The notes beneath the pieces are model-generated. The model was not told the origin of the DNA, did no database searches, and saw only the letters and a program-made list of their open reading frames with translations. A program made the translations under genes and the position numbers. A DNA stretch of 63,237 bases, the filler included, from Stramenopiles sp. TOSAG23-6 (lineage: Eukaryota), in NCBI GenBank assembly GCA_900128565.1. It is 8 parts of 8 records of this genome, joined end to end, with 100 filler letters (N's around TTAATTAATTAA, not from the genome) between each part and the next. Parts side by side here need not be neighbours in the genome. Positions count along the whole stretch, not along the records: positions 11,781 to 23,458 come from LT636247.1; positions 23,559 to 35,221 come from LT636248.1; 6 more parts are not named here. One strand, 5' to 3'. Of the stretch, positions 23,408-35,321 are shown one piece after another; position 1 is the first letter of the stretch, and every line of letters begins with the position of its first letter.

Positions 23408-23458
23408 ATGTATTTTGGAAAAATATTTCAAAAAAAAATCGTTAGGTACAAAATTTCG
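23408..23458 (-). other. Introner-like intron, 3' part (ends AATACAT)
   Basis: TACCTAAC...GAAATATTTTTCCAAAATACAT; 5' part in gap. Confidence 0.75.
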
Positions 23459-23561
23459 NNNNNNNNNNNNNNNNNNNNNNNNNNNNNNNNNNNNNNNNNN
23501 NNTTAATTAATTAANNNNNNNNNNNNNNNNNNNNNNNNNNNNNNNNNNNNNNNNNNNNCAC

Positions 23562-23723
23562 GTATGTTTGCATTAGGAACTTCGATTTTTTTTTTTCGTA
23601 CGAAATTTTGTACCTAACGATTTTTCAAAATTTGCATTAGGAATTTCGATTTTTTTTTCTATGAAAATTTTTGTACCTAACGATTTTTCAAAACCAACTT
23701 TTAAATATTTTTTCACAATACAT
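23562..23723 (+). other. Introner-like GT-AT intron with internal ~63-bp tandem duplication
   Basis: GTATGT start, two TACCTAAC cores, TTCACAATACAT end; upstream exon in gap. Confidence 0.75.
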
Positions 23724-24020
23724 ATTGCTGTATCAAAACCAAAAGACGATGAAGTGAAAGAAAAATCAAATTCTGTTCCTGTTATTGAAGATCCGAAAGA
23801 TTCAATAATGAGAAATCTTGAGACTAAGAAAATTAGTGAAAATAACGAAGAGGCAGAAGAAGACGCAGACACTGAAAATAGTATAGACATTGAAAAGATT
23901 GCTATGCCATCTACAGTGTTTGGTGGGTCTCCGGTAAAAACTGCTGAATCTACACAGAAACGAAAAAGAGTTTTTTCAGGAATCCAATCAGAAAATGCAA
24001 AGAAAGGTCGCGTAGAGTGA
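23724..24020 (+). CDS. Last exon of an unknown gene (acidic/basic low-complexity tail)
   Basis: Open frame after the intron, ending KRKRV...KKGRVE. Confidence 0.6.
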   Translation: MAVSKPKDDEVKEKSNSVPVIEDPKDSIMRNLETKKISENNEEAEEDADTENSIDIEKIAMPSTVFGGSPVKTAESTQKRKRVFSGIQSENAKKGRVE

Positions 24021-24519
24021 GCAAAATGAATAGAATCATTAGAATGCCTCTACGTTGTACGAGTAGGTCATCATATATAATGTAGTATGTTTATGATATT
24101 TGTTTAGATCTGAATTTTTTAATAAATACAAATGGAAAAATATATATAATATAGTATATAGTATAGTATAGTATAAATAAGGCAGTTCGGTTTTTCGGTC
24201 AATTTTATAAAAAGTAATATTTTCATTGCAATTTGCAAAGATACTTAAAACCCTACAGTAACCATGATTAGCTAATAATTACGATTATATCATAATGATG
24301 AAATATAATATCATAACTTTCTCAGACAAAAAAAGTTTGAACATTTTCGACCACTCATTTTTTGACAGCCTGACTGAGTCAAAATGAGTCAAAATTCATG
24401 GAAAGTTCTCTGCTCCTATCAAAGAGTCTCTCCGATTGCTCGGTAGCACCAGTATACCAGTAGCTAAATATACCAACTCCGAGAAAGTCTAAGGATTCGT
24501 ACATTAAAAAGACGGAATA

Positions 24520-25440
24520 ATGTATGAACTTTCATACGAAGACATTGTTGATGAATCGCCCCTTACAATAAATGTTGAAACAAATGCAGCTCATTACTCA
24601 AATTTTGATCCAAAAGAAGAGTCTCCAAAACAAGACCAAACAGATGATTGGTTCGTAAAAGCCTTTATCCTTTTGAATACACTTTCTGTGTACTTTTGTT
24701 GCCAAATGATGAAATATTTGCCATGGATTCACCGACATGAACAAGTAACATCTATAGCGTTATTTTATAATGCTCTCCATTCGGTACTAGTGGTTCTCGG
24801 AATATACTTTATCAATCCAGTGCATGTATTTCCTCAAAACAGCAAAACTGTGTACAGCATAGTAAGCCATATCAGTGCATTTTCGTTTGCTTCCATGGGT
24901 AGTATATCTTGGCTTTCAGATTTTACGCTTACACCTGGCTTTTGGTCAAGATTGCCTGTCAACGGAAAAATCTGCATTGCTGCAGGTTTTATTATCATAA
25001 CTGCTGTTGTTGTTTTTCAAGGATATCGTGCATATACGCAGAAGACATTTTATCAGCAATTTGCTCCGTTGTCTCTGATTATTCTACTTTGGTTTAGTCT
25101 TTGGGTTTTGTTGGAAGAAAATCAAATAAAACATTCACTTCACTTACATCATGCTCTATTTGGTGGTATATTCTCCTGTTGGTTCACTGACTTTTTGGAT
25201 ATGTGGGAAGTAACTTTGAATAGCGTATTTATCGGAATTTGTATAGAAGGTATCAACTTCTATGCTATTGAAGATTTTAACCTCTTTGTTGTCTCAAATG
25301 ACCCAGTACATTGGAGTGGTGTTGTTATTACTTGGGCAGTTTTAGTAGTACTACTTGCTTTCACAGTTGTAGGTCAATCTGAGTGTTTGCTTGCTATCAA
25401 GGAGAAATATCTGATATTTTTTAAAATGTCTGATAAATAA
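24520..25440 (+). CDS. Multi-pass membrane protein of unknown function
   Basis: 306-aa ORF with many hydrophobic segments and an HLHH motif. Confidence 0.8.
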   Translation: MYELSYEDIVDESPLTINVETNAAHYSNFDPKEESPKQDQTDDWFVKAFILLNTLSVYFCCQMMKYLPWIHRHEQVTSIALFYNALHSVLVVLGIYFINPVHVFPQNSKTVYSIVSHISAFSFASMGSISWLSDFTLTPGFWSRLPVNGKICIAAGFIIITAVVVFQGYRAYTQKTFYQQFAPLSLIILLWFSLWVLLEENQIKHSLHLHHALFGGIFSCWFTDFLDMWEVTLNSVFIGICIEGINFYAIEDFNLFVVSNDPVHWSGVVITWAVLVVLLAFTVVGQSECLLAIKEKYLIFFKMSDK

Positions 25441-25763
25441 TGTGTGATAGTGCCACTATAGGGGTTTTTGCTGCTATATATAAGCGCAAATTTCATACAT
25501 TTTTGAAATTGTTTAAGAATATGAATTTTCGTGAAGATCAATGTAAAATATACTATATTATACTGTTACATAATCAATAAAGTCCATTAATCAAAATAAT
25601 TCGTACAAACTTTTCCTAAAAAACACGAAAAGTTCGTCTTCTCCTCAAAACATTTTTTTTGAAGGAAGGACATCATACGTAACTAGGCTATCGTGTAACC
25701 GTAAGTGTCACATGAAGGTATTTATAAGGGTATTTGCCTAGTTTTGTGTCAGCACCTACTAGT

Positions 25764-28700
25764 ATGGCAGATGATGTCGCGGATAGCATGCTAGATGCTT
25801 TCACGGCACCAGATGCCTCTGATATCTTAGTAGATACTGATACTGAAGGACTGCGTTCGCCTGCAGCAACCACCGATTCATTAGAAAGAAGCTCAGATAG
25901 TGCTAGCAGTGATGATATCACAGCAATAGATAGTAAAATAGAAACAGAAAGTAATAGACAGATTGATAGGCTTCGCCCGGGTGTAGGAGTTTCAGTAAGG
26001 GTTAATCAAGATGTTCCTAACGCCAAAAGCTACGGGTTCTATGGTCTACAATTTAGTGACGCCTTCGATGGTGAAGGTCTAAAAATATCAAAAATTGGAC
26101 CTGGTCCAATTTTAGATTGTAAGAAAGTAGAGGTTGGCATGTGTATTGTAGCAGTGCACCCAAGTCGGCCTTCTAAAATGTTTGATAGTTCCATTTCAAA
26201 TTATATGATTATGGCAAAGTATAAAGTTGCTAAAACATTCCTAAAACAAACTGCACACTTATCAAAAGAAATAATATTTGCATTTGTCACTCCTCAGATT
26301 CGGGAGAGTATTAAACATGCATGTGCGACGAGGCTACAGCGTACATTTAGAGGTTATTCTGTCAGACTTAATTACTTTCAGGGAAATTTTGATGAGGTCA
26401 CTGCAAGACACAAAGATGAAGAAACTATAGAAGAAGTTACAAAAGTGCAATTGAAGAGGTCCCTATTTGACGCTGAAATACCGACAAAAATAAGAGTTGA
26501 AGTTGTTGCTGCTAGAAACACTATAAAAGAGGTTGCACTCATTGGTGGTACCAGACGATGTCATGGCTGTGAATTTGCACCGGGAGTGTACGAAACAGGC
26601 TTAGTAGTAGATGGTTTTCATGAGCTTGATAATGGTGATCTTGGGCCAATCCAGATGAATGGAGGTGTATTTGTTGGTATGTCTCTTGTAGCAATTGAAA
26701 GATCAAAAGATAATCATAGTTTCCAACTCCCCATAATTAGTAAATATCCTGCGCTTATTGAGTCAGATCGTCTAATAAACTTCTTGCAAAACACCAGTCA
26801 TGAAAAGAAAGTGCTCGTTTTTGGTATGCTATCTAGTAAAGCAAGACAAAAAATGCAAGAATATTGTATTAAGAAATTACAGAGGCAATTCCGCAGATGG
26901 TATAAGAATATGACATATGCAGAACGAATAAAGAGACTCAAGGCTGCAATTAAAAAATATGAACAAATAGAAACCAAATACAAGTTAAAACTGAAGGCAT
27001 TGTCAAAATATTTAAATGATATTGAAGCAAAAGAGGAAACTTCGAAGTTGAGTGAGAAGAAAAAGTATGTGAAATTTTTTAGAAAAAGACTGGAAAAGAC
27101 TCTACTAATGCTCAGGAGAAATCCTCCGACGCTAGTTTCACGAAAAAGTAAAAGCAAAAGCAAAACTTTGCCAAAAACAATAGCCCCAAAGAAAAAGCAG
27201 ATACATTCTCCAATAAAAACTAAAGAAAGAAAAGTTACCCCAAAGCAAATGAAGTCTATCTCAAGACTTAAAGATATACCTGAAGAAACAAAAATTAAGC
27301 CAATGAAAATTAAGTCTACCTCAAAGCTTGAAGATATACCTGAAGAAAGAAAAGTTAAGCGAAAGAAAATTAAGCCTATCGCTAAATTTAAAGATATACC
27401 TGAAGAAGCAAAAACATTGCCAAAACACATAAACTCTGTGCCCAAACTTGAAGATATACCGGAAGAAACATTATTTGAAAAATTTGTGCCTGGTGAAAAA
27501 AGACATAAAACCCCAGAAGAAGCCGTAGAACAAAAATATGTCGTAGAGTTACACCAGAAACAATTCATAGATGTAGAAAACCATTTTGAAAATGAAACTG
27601 TAAATATACTTGATCAAAAGATTCCAGAAAATAGATCTGAAGCTGATGCGTTGAGATCTCCACGCTGGACTGACTGGGAAATGAAATATGATGAAACACT
27701 TGGAAAGAATTATTGGGTAAATTTATATACGGCTGAGTTTTCGTGGGGATCAAAACATCCATTCGAAACAGCAAATGGGCAACGATATAGCACATTTCGA
27801 CAAAGTTCACTTCGTGGACAAGCCAATACCAATAGTGCATGTACGTTCGCATGATAAATTTCAACTTTATTTATTTTTTCGTACTAAATTTTGTACCTAA
27901 CGTTTTTTTTGTGTGACATGTTTTTTCACAGTACATTTAGTGGAGATAATGGAATTGGGGCAACAGACTCAAATAATCTTTATTTTAATGATAACTTGGA
28001 AAAAACGTCTAAGGGCAGTAGAAATTCTAAAGCAGTAACGCTACATGATCGACTCTACAGCGAGCCTACGGTTAGTATGTTTAGACATCAACAGGGACAT
28101 CGTAACCATCCAGATTTTCTTCATGCGACTTCAAACAGAAAACGAAAAAAATCCAAGTCGCCAGAAAATAGGAAACAAAAAGCAGGGAGATTTAATGTAA
28201 AGAAAGATACAAATATTTCGAGCATTCTTGGGGCATTGAATACTCTTAGTATTGATATTAATAATATTGGATTACATAGATACCCGCCCAGTGCACTGAC
28301 TCACAAAACACATGTTGATAGAGATACTACATACTCAAATAAAGAGAAAGTAGAAAAAATAATATGGAATGAATTTCCTGAAATTCTTCACTTTCTGAAA
28401 ACCCAGCTTGGAAGAAAAAATATATCCATCATGCAGCTATTTAATTTAAGCGACAGCAATAAGGATAATCATCTTACTTGCGATGAATTTATCAAAGGTT
28501 TATTGATTACAGGTATTCGGCCTTTGCCAAAGGATGCTCAACTTCAAGATATGTTTGCATCGTTTGATCATGAAGGAAGAGGAAAAATATCGTTTAGTGA
28601 TTTAGAAAAGGGAATGCGTCAGAGTCTTGGGATACATATTCCGTATCCTATACCTACATTGCATCCAAAAAAGAAATTGCATCCAAAAAAGAACCCAGTA

Positions 28701-30806
28701 AAAATACAAAGCACTATTATTCGTGTCTCTGAAGCAGAACGACTTAGTTTGGCAGGCTATACTGAAAGTAAAAACATTAATAATGAATGGATTCGGAAGA
28801 CTCCTTCCATTAGACATAATAAAGAATCTAGATCACTTCCTCAAGTACGTGGACCAAAAAGTAGAAAATCGGGAAATTATACTCACCCCAGAAAGCAAAA
28901 GAACATTGAGGTTTCAAAGGTATTAAATGAAGATCGAGTTAAGAAAATGCACAAGATCTCACGAGAGAAAATTTACGCTGAATTACAATCCACCCAAGAT
29001 CGTTTAAGAAAACAACTACAACTTCGTCAAGATGAATTTAGTAGGCAAAAAGAAATCACTGGAAAGAATGATACATTTGATGCACGAAAGATAAACAGAA
29101 AGCTTAAAGCTTTGCAGAAGCGACTCCATTCTCGTCAAACAGAATTAGCAGCAGCAGAAAATAAATTAGCCGAGGTAGGTCGTCTTAATACAGCATTAGA
29201 GGTAAGTGCTGTGGCAGCTGGAGAAATTAAGTTTTTGAATTCTATAACGACTACCCCAAAAAAGTCATTATTGGAAGCTGAAGCTTTGCAAGATGTTGTA
29301 AGTGCTGATGATATGACCGCATCTGGGAGACTTCAAAAGAGTGATAGACGTACAATTGTTTTAGGTGATCTATACAATGAGTGTAAAGCCTTACTCGTCG
29401 ATAATACCGCTGCTCGTAATACTTACAACCGCGTTCAAATACTATTTGAGCATGCAGAAATGAATGATATTCATTTCAAAGAAGCATCGGCTGTCCTTCA
29501 AAGCGAGTTGAAACAATTAAAAATGGAATTTGAATCGTCTCGAAAACGCAGAGATAAAGCACAATATAGATGCCGCGAAGCTCATGATAAAAACACCCAA
29601 ACAAATCGCGAATGCGCAAACATGGGAAAAATTTTACAAAAACGTAAAAAAGACTTTACAAATAATGCTGCAGAATTGTTAATAGAAGACAAACCAAAAT
29701 CTTTGCCTGTTGGTACAAAAGTTGGCAAATGGTTAATACTGAACGACGAGGAAGGCAACGTATATTACTATGATCAAAACAAAAATATAGCACAATGGGA
29801 TTGTCCAGTTGAAGTCAACGACTATGCAAATACAATGAGTAATCAATCACGAAAAAAAGGTACATTGAAAAGTCTTACCAAAAGGAAAGGTGAGTTGCTT
29901 CAACGTAGGAAAAATACAAGAAAACTTCATGGACGTAGAGACAAACGATTTTTACAAAATACCTCATTTGGGCGCACTAAGGTCAGCGCAAGACCAACTT
30001 CATTATTAGAAAGGGAAGTAAATGTTCTTCAAATGCGAATTAAACAAACCAAAAAGATAAGTACCCAGGATGCGCAAGGGCATTGTCGAGCACTTAAAGA
30101 TATTGATCGGACATCGCTTAAAATAGAAAAAGAGTGTAAAAATATAGTCGCAAATATACAGAAATTGGACATTACTCTACAAGTCAACAAAAAAACGTCC
30201 GAGAGAATTCAAAAAGTCCTTCGAGGGTTAGACTGCGAAGAGAAGACTGACAGCGATGGGAAAATAGACATTGTAGTTGATTCGAAACAAACGATTCCAG
30301 CAAAAGGAGCGACGCTTGATTATACACAACTGTCTCGTATGTTGAGGAAAGAAATGCTTGGTTCGAAAGTTCGCGCAGAAAATTTCAATGTAACAACGAA
30401 AGTAGAAACAACTCCAAAGATTGGACCTGGTGGCAAATCATATTTTATGGATGTTAACGAATTAATTATTTACGATGAAAGCGCCAAAGAAAAAGGACTT
30501 TGGGATAAAAATAATAAATCTGTAATGCTTTTCGATTCCTCAGATATGGCAGAAATACAAAAATCTATCCAAGAAACTTCAGAAAAACCTATTGCAGTTG
30601 AGAAGGATGAGAAGTTCCCAATTAATTCTACGCTTCTTCTATTGAATGTTTGGCCAGGATTGGTGCAAAATGATGAAAATGTGAGTGCTCTTGTTTTAGG
30701 TTATTATCATGGAAACGTAGTTCTTTTGATAAAATCAAAACAACTTTCTTGGGTACAAGCTTTTGGATTAAATAACATACCCGTGATTGAAAATGATACA
30801 GACTAA
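25764..30806 (+). CDS. Large multidomain protein (IQ motifs, WW domains, EF-hands, coiled coil); exons 25764-27840 and 27937-30806, ~1648 aa
   Basis: IQ-like ATRLQRTFRGY and IKKLQRQFRRW; WW-like WEMKYD...YWVN...SW and WLILND...YYYD...QWDCP; EF-hand DSNKDNHLTCDEF and DHEGRGKISFSDL; two ORFs joined by GT-AT intron. Confidence 0.8.
27841..27936 (+). other. Introner-like GT-AT intron (96 nt, phase 1, contains in-frame TGA)
   Basis: CAT|GTACGT...TTCACAGTACAT; flanking CAG and TAG are out of frame. Confidence 0.85.
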
Positions 30807-30911
30807 TTTAGGTGAAGGGTTTACTAGAAAAAAATATATAGAAAACCATATTCAAAAGAGTTTAATAAACAAATATTTAATTTAAAAACATTTTTTTTCA
30901 CAATATTTCTA

Positions 30912-33908
30912 TCAACAATTTGGTTTATACGAAGCAACAACAGTCTCATTTGCGTCCAATTCATGGTGTGCTGTAGACCAGTCAACGGCAGATGCCCAAG
31001 AAGATGCTTGATCTGTTTTACACCACTCTCGCAAATCATTGACTTCAATAATAATTTCTCTTTCTCTTCTTGGACAAACTAAAAGATTTTTTTCATTTTC
31101 TACTGAGGCACAATACAATTCATTATTTCCTGATGATAGTCTTGACACGACTGATATACCAGGCGCTTGGTGCAATAGTTTTATTAAACTTCCAAAAGTA
31201 GATCGAGCTCCAGTTTTATTCCAGCTTATATAATTGCCTAATTTTGAAACACAAAATCCATACACTCCCTTAAAATTACCCTTATGATGTAAATGTTGTC
31301 GTTGTACTATTTGATTTCGAAGAAAATAAAATACCTCATTTTCATTACCATTTTTCACGATTGTTTCCATTTGTTCATGTACAGAGTTGCATACTGCATA
31401 GTTTGGATCCCCCAACTTAGAGCAAGGTTGAAATTTTGATTCAGAATATTTCATTGGAAGAAATCTTTGTAGAGCATAGTTTCCAACTTTACTTACAATG
31501 AACCGAAGTTGAGTCACATTTGTTGGGTAATAATTTATTGGTCCCACAAAATGTTCTCTGAACTGAAGTAATATATCTGCAGTCTTTGTAAGACAAATTC
31601 CTCGAGAACCTCCGATAAGATTAATAACAATCGCACCTTCATTGAGAACATTGTCCGCCTCAAACACTTCAGACTCACGATTTAGCCAAGGCGTTATTGA
31701 GCCATTTTCTGTTTCTGTTATAAAACGTCTACCATCATCAAGACGTAATACATTAATTCCTATGAGATTTTTTGGTGTTCTACTATTCATTTCTTCAATA
31801 TTCTCTTTACATCCTTTTATATTCTTGTTTTGCTTTATGATTTTTGTACTACTATTACTATGCTCATCACAAAGGACCTCGCGATAAAGATCTAACGCCT
31901 TCGCATCGCCAAAATCCAACCATTGATCTTTGAGCGTCAGATGATCAAAAACTATTTTGAGATGTCGCATCGAAACCAAATTGTTCTTTATTAATGACTT
32001 CACTAAAGTACATGCAGCAGAAACTGACTGAGATGTATCACGAATACACCAACTATTTAATAAGACAGACGCCAACCTTGATTGATACTGCGGATCATTA
32101 CATCTTGCTGAATGCATAAAATATTTACTTTTGAATTTAGTATGTTTTTTCAAATAATCAAAGACTTCTGCTTCTCCCAATGTATCATTTTCTATTCGAA
32201 GTCGAGTCAATAAAGTTTCAAATGTATTATGTATTTTAGAAAAATATTTCAAAAAAAAAANGTTNGGNAACAACATTTCGTACGAAAAAAAACTCGATTT
32301 TTTTGTAAAAAAAAAAAATAAAACATACATGATTTGGAATCACTTTTGCATCTTCCATGGTTTCTAAAACAACCATTTTACTGAACGAGGAATCGTGTGA
32401 AAATTTGACTATATTATTGAAATAAGACACATCATTACAAAGAAAGGTAGACAAATTGTCTAGGAGCATCCACAATGCTGCAATGGATTCATCAGAGCCT
32501 TCTGTAATCCAATTTATTACTTTTTCGTTTCGCATGTATTTTGGAAAAATATTTCAAAAAAAAAATTGAAAATTTGTTAGGTACAAAATTTACTATAAAA
32601 AAAAAAAATCGATTTTTTTGTTTAAAAAAAAAAATAAAACTTACATATTTTGTATTTCATTCGGTGTATAGGACATACAAGATATATCCGATATATCCGA
32701 TATATCAGAAACATCAGGAACATCTGATATACGTAGTACTTCTGGATGTGCTTGTTGTTTTATCCCATACAATCTATCGGAAATAGGAGTACTATAAGAA
32801 TCAAAATCATCGGATTCATCATCTTGTTTAAAGCTTTCCTCTAATGCTCTCTCATGCCATGACATTGCTCCTTTATTATCCCCTTCAATTTGCTTCATAA
32901 GACCAATAATGTTACACGTCTTTTCACCTACATGATTTGACTCTGTAGTGGGAATGTATTTTGGAAAAATATTTGAAAAAATTTCTAAAAAATTTGTTAG
33001 GTACAAATTTTTTTACCAAAAAAAAAAATAAATTCGATTTTTTTGTTAAAAAAAAATAAAACATACATATCTTTAATGAGTTGTATCATATGGTCACTAC
33101 TATGACAAGCCCTCAGAACTTCAGAGACCAACTCATCATCTACAAAACCATCAAAACCAGCAGACACTAAATGATCAAAAATATACCACGATGCTTCTTG
33201 GGCATGAAAATTAGGTAATTTGAGTAAACTTCGAATCAAGCTTCGCCTTTTACAAGCTATTTCTTGAGTTGTCAGTGTCATGATTGACTCGAAATATTTT
33301 TGATACTGTGGATAAGTGTCATTCAATTCATTTGCCTCACTTTCTCGGCCTTCCACTCGGAGTCGTAAAAGAAGTATTTGATACGTCTTGTGATCTGGAA
33401 AGATTGAAGTTTTCTCGAGAGTTGATATAAAGTCTCGCATCTCAAGCGTTGTGTAACAAGTATTTAAAATGAAGTGAAAATCATCAGGTGAAACATATGC
33501 ACGTTTAGCATGTATTCTATCTTGAATCATTGCTTTTGCTGAGTCAATTTCGTCTCTGTTTACATGACTGTTAATTTGACCCCGTATTAAACGTTCACTC
33601 TGTTTCACTCGAGGTTTTACATCTGAACGTTTCTCTTTAACTCGAGATTCTACACGGGAAAGTTTCGCTTTAACTAGAAGTTGCGAAGGGGAAGGTTTCT
33701 CTTTAACTCGAGATTGTACACGGGAAAGTTTCGCTTTAACTAGAAGTTGCGAAGGGGAAGGTTTCGCTTTAACTCGAGGATGCAATTTCACACGAGAGTT
33801 AGTTCCGTAAGCCCGATAGAATGTTCCAACACCACAATGGATACGTGTACCAGTAAACACTGAAATGCCATTCCACTGAAATCTTTGGGGTAGTCTAATT
33901 ATATTCAT
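30912..33908 (-). CDS. PPR-like helical-repeat protein, possibly organelle-targeted; exons 33908-33067, 32953-32645, 32533-32329, 32228-30912
   Basis: Internal repeat IFPDHKTYQILLLRLRVE / VIPNHNTFETLLTRLRIE; all three GT-AT introns restore frame; start codon uncertain. Confidence 0.7.
32229..32328 (-). other. Introner-like GT-AT intron (100 nt, phase 0)
   Basis: CAT|GTATGT...AAAATACAT; spliced product aligns gaplessly with the protein's other repeat. Confidence 0.88.
32534..32644 (-). other. Introner-like GT-AT intron (111 nt, phase 2)
   Basis: AT|GTAAGT...CCAAAATACAT|G; canonical U2-type donor. Confidence 0.85.
32954..33066 (-). other. Introner-like GT-AT intron (113 nt, phase 2)
   Basis: AT|GTATGT...CCAAAATACAT; internal TTTTAG out of frame. 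Confidence 0.85.
33630..33778 (-). repeat. 66-bp coding tandem repeat (~2.2 copies)
   Basis: RVKxKPSPSQLLVKAKLSRVxS repeated. Confidence 0.85.
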
Positions 33909-34289
33909 TCTACAATAGAATTCATCGTAAATTTCAAATTTGTGTAATTCTAGTAAAAGTACAACTACAATGTTTGCTAACTTACAAAAAAATGGTGTTA
34001 CTGCTGCTGACTTCTTCTTTTTTGGTACAAAATATCGTACGTAATATACGACGTCTTTCAAAAATTTAAATTTCATTAAATTTTTTGTATATTTTCGATT
34101 TCGCATTTATTTCGATTTTTCGCCTTTCATTTTTGACCGGAACAACAACAAAAACGAATAATTAAAATTAGGTATCGACAATATCATCCGACAACAACAT
34201 TCTGACTATCACCTGTCTTTACAATTTCGCGTTTGACGTACATGCTATCACACACATTCTATTGAGAATAGTTTTCTCCACCTAGTTAA

Positions 34290-35109
34290 ATGATACATAG
34301 TAAGTGTGCACCAACTTGTATGACTATACAATCTGTGACAAACAATGAGTCTGTACGCGTGAGCGAAGAAAGTAGTAAAGGCAACACTAGTAAAGAGAAA
34401 CTTCGAAATTCTGTATGCAACAAAACTTCGCCTCCCGCTAATTCCATTGGACGTATTGATGGACGGCAGCTTTTATCCTGTAGCTTCTCCGAAGAAGTCT
34501 CACATTCATTAGATACTATTCAAACAGTGGATGTTAAAAATAAAACTGAGGGGATAAATGAAAGTTCAGTGAGAAAGCTGGCGTTATCTTCTGATTGGAC
34601 CAATACTTGTGACAGAAACAACACCTTAAAATTGAAATCTCTTTCAGATATCATTGTTAATGATAAAGATGATAAAGATGATTTGTTTAGAAAGTATAAT
34701 TCTGGTACAATTCAAAAATCTTCTGTTGCCTCTATTACTGAAAAATTAGGCATTCTAAATGACAAATCTCTAAATTCCTTGAAAAAAACTTCACCTACTT
34801 CAAAAACATACTGTGGGAAAGACAGTGTAGCAAAATGTGATGTACCGTCAACTGATAGTAGGGATAATATGAGAGAATTTCACGAATCGACTACAGAGGA
34901 TTTCTGCACAGAGTCAAGTGAGAGTGAATTATCGACCATCAGCAGTACAAGCAGTATTAAAAAGTCTGTACGAAAATTGTTACCTAAAGGCAAAGGAATT
35001 CAAATCTTACGAGAAGGACGTGAGTTGACAAAGTTAAAGGCTGCAGTTCGATTTGAAGTAGAAAAGTTTCTAGCCCTTGCCCCTATTTCGTTAATTTCGA
35101 TGAAATTGT
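34290..35109 (+). CDS. First exon of an unknown Ser/Thr/Lys-rich protein
   Basis: Long ORF running into a family intron at the contig end. Confidence 0.65.
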
Positions 35110-35221
35110 GTATGTTTTATTTTTTTTTTTAACAAAAAAATCGAATTTATTTTTTTTTTTTTAGAAAAAATTTTTGTACCTAACAAATTTTTTAGATTTT
35201 TTTTTCAAATATTTTTCAAAA
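35110..35221 (+). other. Introner-like intron, truncated by contig end
   Basis: GTATGTTTTAT donor, TTGTACCTAAC, AAATATTTTTC. Confidence 0.8.
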
Positions 35222-35321
35222 NNNNNNNNNNNNNNNNNNNNNNNNNNNNNNNNNNNNNNNNNNNNTTAATTAATTAANNNNNNNNNNNNNNNNNNNNNNN
35301 NNNNNNNNNNNNNNNNNNNNN

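Noticed and set aside
23562-23723. CRISPR-like palindromic repeats
   Set aside because: Eukaryotic context, dispersed copies, no regular spacers or cas genes
24365-24400. TGAGTCA-like promoter motifs (also near 10758)
   Set aside because: Too few and too short to distinguish from chance
26798-27568. 256-aa antisense ORF and similar F/S/L-rich shadow ORFs (e.g. 2126-2689)
   Set aside because: Antisense shadows of Lys/Glu-rich coding regions
32229-33066. Ciliate-like DNA-excised IES interpretation of the repeat family
   Set aside because: Copies are asymmetric and oriented with the host gene, with donor and branch motifs and one GT-AG member, favouring RNA splicing
34018-34052. Degenerate family core upstream of the PPR-like gene
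   Set aside because: Branch motif lost (GTACCAAAA) and no clear ends; possible relic but not supportable as an intron
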